Origin: Octopus sinensis
Lineage: Eukaryota
Length of the DNA stretch: 59,103 bases
Direction of reading: 5' to 3'
Assembly: GCF_006345805.1 (NCBI RefSeq)
Contig: NW_021833623.1
Span: 1 to 59,103, forward strand
Of this stretch, positions 55,164 through 59,103 are shown one piece after another. The position numbers and the translations under genes were made by a program. The number at the start of each line of letters is the position of its first letter. Positions within the stretch are counted from its first letter, which is position 1. The notes below the pieces were generated by a model that had not been told where the DNA came from, ran no database searches, and saw only the letters and a list, made by a program, of their open reading frames with translations.

Positions 55164-55554
55164 AAAATAACATCGTTTACAAAAATGACCAGCAAAAGAA
55201 CTGCGAGACGTTTCTATATATGTACGGTCACAATAAAAATCTAAATAATTATCAATTCTACTAAGAATACAAGAACAAGGTGATTGTATGTCTTATTCAT
55301 GTCGATGTTATTGTTTAGGAAAACAATGTTAAAAGAGGTACAAAAGGATGTCACAATCACCCATACCAATAAAATGGTTGCAAACAAAACAAATGGTATT
55401 TAACGTAGACCAAGAAATAGAAATTCTGAGGACAATGCGATCAAATAAAATTGTATATACATAATAATATAAATATAAGCAAATCTCTTTATCCTTCGCT
55501 TTGATTTTCTGTCTGTTTGTCTGTCTGTGTGTCTGTCTGTCTGACACTGTCTCT

Positions 55555-55600
<46 letters not shown>

Positions 55601-55611
55601 GTGTGTCTGTT

Positions 55612-55679
<68 letters not shown>

Positions 55680-55680
55680 A

Positions 55681-55716
<36 letters not shown>

Positions 55717-55717
55717 C

Positions 55718-55782
<65 letters not shown>

Positions 55783-55830
55783 AAATCATTCAAGCAAATA
55801 CAACTTCGAAAATATTGAGAAAAATCTCAA

Positions 55831-56430
55831 AATCCATCTCCAGTGCTTGGAAATGAGCAAATTTCACTCCTCTGGAACTTCACCGTCCAAACTGACAGTA
55901 AAATAGAAGCGAATAGGTCAGACATTATATTGAAAATCCTCAGACAAGAATCATGCTTTCTCATTAATATGACTGTCCCAATCGACATAAATGTATCTGT
56001 CAAGACCTACCAAAAACTGAGCAAATATAAATATCTTGATATAGAAGTTGGAAAAATGTGTAACTTCAAGACTAACACAATACCTGTTATCATAGGTGCC
56101 CTAGGAATGATAGCAAAACGGGCTGATTGCTACCTAGCTCAGGTACCAGGAAACCCCAAATTGGTAGAAACTCTAAAGAGTGCTCATGGAACTATCCATA
56201 TCCTACGTAAAATATTGTCTATGTAATCTCATATTTTAAAACAAACTTATAATTTTCTTGTTTTCTTAAACATTCTCCAGAACAATACTTTATGCAAAAC
56301 CAAATGTATGACACTCTAGGCATAACACCGACTTGAACTTCTAACTTGTGGTCTCTTGATGTCTCTGGGTGAGACTTGGTGTCAACTTGTACAAATGCAA
56401 AGCAAAAGTAAATCATATAATAAAATTGAT
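55831..56430 (+). mobile_element. R4/Dong-clade non-LTR retrotransposon 3' end (restriction-like endonuclease domain plus 3' UTR)
   Basis: ORF 55843..56226: [22 protein letters not shown]...CFLINMTVPID..V..K..QKLSKY..L..E...M....TIPVIIGALG...HILRKIL*. PD reads SD and the second Asp reads Asn, so probably dead. Confidence 0.85.
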
Positions 56431-56440
56431 AATTTCTACT

Positions 56441-56629
56441 ATGGGCACAACGTCTGAAATTTTGGGGAGGGGTCCAGTTGATTAGATCGACCCCACTATG
56501 CAACTCATACTTAATTTATCGAACCCGAAAGGATGAATGGCAAACTCGACCTCGACAGATTTGAACTCAGAACGTAAAGCAGAGGAAATGCCGCTATGTA
56601 TTTCTCCCTGCATGCTAACAATTCTGCCA
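56441..56629 (-). mobile_element. Family-C SINE (ccccaaaatttc-type tail)
   Basis: Reverse complement of the 11950-12110 type units. Confidence 0.8.
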
Positions 56630-56681
56630 AATAATAATAATAATAAAAATAAAAATAATAATAATAATAATAATAATAATC

Positions 56682-56737
<56 letters not shown>

Positions 56738-56738
56738 G

Positions 56739-57138
56739 TTTACTCTTTTAGTCTTATTTGTTTCAGTCATTTCACTGTGGTCATGCTGGAGCACCGCCTT
56801 TAGTCGAGCAAATCGACTCCCAGGACTTATTCTTTGTAAGCCTAGTACTTATTCTATCTGGTCTTTTGCCGAAACGCTAAGTTACGGGGACGTAAACACA
56901 CCAGCATCTGTTGTCAAGCGATGTGGTGGTGGTGGGGCAAACATAGACATACAAACATATACACACATACATATATATGACGAGCTTCTTTCAGTTTCCG
57001 TGTACCAAATCCACTCACAAGGCTTTGGCCGGCCCGAGTCTATAGTAGAAGACACTTGCTTAAGGTGCCACGCAGTGGGACTGAACCCAGAACCATATTG
57101 TTCGTAAGTAAGCTACAAGCTACTTACCACACAGCCAG
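56739..57138 (-). mobile_element. Family-B SINE, near full length, with the gtagctt duplication
   Basis: Tail at 56739, head ends ...gctacaagctacttaccacacagcc. Confidence 0.88.
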
Positions 57139-57169
57139 CAAAATAAAGAAATGTTCTTTCCCGAGTAAC

Positions 57170-57380
57170 ATAGAATCATAGGTTCGGTCTCCCCGTTTCC
57201 ATGGTCTATTTATTCCATAGTCTGTTGCTGGATTATTCATTTTGATTAAATGAGCGAAGTGAAGCAACGTAAAATGAAAGGTTTTCATCAAGAACATAAT
57301 GCCTCACCCAGCTCAGAAATCGAAACCACAATCTTACGATCATGCATCCAGCACATAACCACTAAGCCAAGATCCCCCAC
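57170..57380 (-). mobile_element. Family-D-like old SINE
   Basis: Minus strand tggcttagtggtt (A-box), gtggtttcgatttc (B-box), ttatgttcttgatgaaaacctttcattttacgttgct. Confidence 0.55.
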
Positions 57381-57394
57381 AATAATAAAATAAA

Positions 57395-57428
<34 letters not shown>

Positions 57429-57552
57429 GTAGTATAGTAGTAGTAAGTAGTAAGTAGTAGTAGTAGTATAGTAGTATTGTGTAGTAGTAGTAGTAGTAGT
57501 ATATAATAATAATAATAAAATAATATAATAATATAATAATAATAATAATAAT

Positions 57553-58112
57553 AAATGCCCTGATGCCGTACCAGGCAGTGGCTCTCATGGCTTCTGATCT
57601 TAACTGATTGGAAGTGTTATCGTGTACATTGTTTTGTCTTGGCTTGTATAAAAGATGGCTACAGCAAATATTTGCACAATACCACAGATTTGCTTGTCAG
57701 TTGTTTGACCTAACCAGTTGAGCATGTCCCTTAGTGGCTGACGATATCTGCATCTCTGATCACAAGCAGAAGTAGTGGGGGAGCATCATAGCCATGTGTT
57801 GATAGGATTCTTTTGGGGTTTGAATAGTTTCCCTCTGGGAAACATGGGTGGTTCTGTTCTTTCAACATCCTTAAACAACCCTTATTCAGGGACCGTTTGA
57901 GGCGGGATGGGCTACTCACTCATGAAGAAAATTCGAACTGGGCCCCACCTGCAAGGTCATGTCTGTTTTATCTTGATATGATTCACCATGTCGCGCACAT
58001 ATGGTTGTGATGCATGTGCCTGGTGTACCTTTATCAGACGGGTAGTCATGATGGGTATATTGGGCTTCGTATATTTTACCCCAGTGTCACGTTGATGCAT
58101 GAATGCTCTCTC
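57553..58112. repeat. Unclassified ~560-bp higher-GC insert bounded by (AAT)n arrays; likely a retroposon 3' UTR
   Basis: Non-coding, abrupt composition change, ends ctctctcactcag followed by a (TAA)n tail; family not identified. Confidence 0.35.
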
Positions 58113-58878
58113 ACTCAGTATATATAATAATAATAATAGTAATAATAATAATAGTAATAATAATAATAATAACTAGCATTATTTGACTGCTATATATCCC
58201 ATCAGTGCTGAAAGTGGAAAATCAAAAAGAATCTTCGCTGTGCTATTATTAACTCAGGCATAAAACAAATATTCCAAAAATCCTCGTTCATATATTTTGT
58301 TGACGTTACTCATGTTTGCAGGGAAATATCTTTGTCGTTGTTATATTTAATTGAACAATACATAAACATAATTGGTTACTATAGTAACGTCTTCATTTTG
58401 GCTTGTTTCAATAATTTCCAATTTAATTTTAGAAGTTTTCCACTCAATTTATTCTTTTCTTGTCTCTATATAATAGTCATTGTTTCTTTTGTGTTTTAAA
58501 TTATATATTTTTTCACTATAGTTTATTGTGTCTACTTTCAGAGTAAATAGTTGTATTACGTCGGTCTCTTCTCTGAGTCATTGCCAAAGATATTTAACAG
58601 ACTGCATACTAACCAGCAGTAATCACATTCTATATTTTGTAACGGTTACGTGACCGAACTATTGAATAAATGATATCATATTTTAACTAGGTAGAACTAG
58701 GAACCCTGTCCAATTGTATACTTAATGTGTGTCAGTGGTTAACGGGAAGCATTCGATGATTTTACCGTCCGAAAAGGATCTCGTGTGTATAATATGGATA
58801 ATTGATTCTAAGGGCGAATTCCTATAAAGTACGTCTGCAAATCGATTCCAGTTTCTAGACAAACATAAACTTATATGC

Positions 58879-58911
<33 letters not shown>

Positions 58912-58913
58912 TG

Positions 58914-58945
<32 letters not shown>

Positions 58946-59103
58946 TGTATGCATGCATGTATGCATGCATGCATGTACGTATGTATGCATGCGTGCATGT
59001 ATGTGCGTTTACATGCATGCATGTATATATATCTTTGTATGTACGTACTTGCACGTATGTATATACTATATGTATGTATGTGGATATAAAACACACACAC
59101 ATA

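Overview
AT-rich, microsatellite-saturated eukaryotic DNA. The SINE families and extreme (TA)n/(TATC)n/(TATG)n content look like an Octopus (coleoid cephalopod) genome; this is inferred from repeat recognition, not a database search. I found no intact protein-coding gene, rRNA, true tRNA or CRISPR array. Nearly all ORF-track entries are translations of microsatellites or fall in repeats. The window holds more than 30 tRNA-derived SINE copies, which I label families A-D here. It also has decayed DNA transposons (one near-full maT/DD37D, two internally deleted mariners, hAT/Tigger/unclassified MITEs, a complete non-autonomous Helitron) and non-LTR retroelement remnants (three RTE 3' fragments, an R4/Dong-type endonuclease end, a Penelope-like RT fragment). 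The best lead is a set of Penelope-like terminal repeats with minimal hammerhead-ribozyme motifs, several present as fold-back palindromes whose apex falls at the hammerhead 3' half. Other leads: a 10-unit head-to-tail SINE array, local inverted or triplicated SINE copies sharing a private 7-bp duplication, SINE 3'-tail swapping, and same-strand bias of all long TATC and TATG arrays. Coordinates were read by eye (mostly +/-10 bp) and identities are hand estimates.
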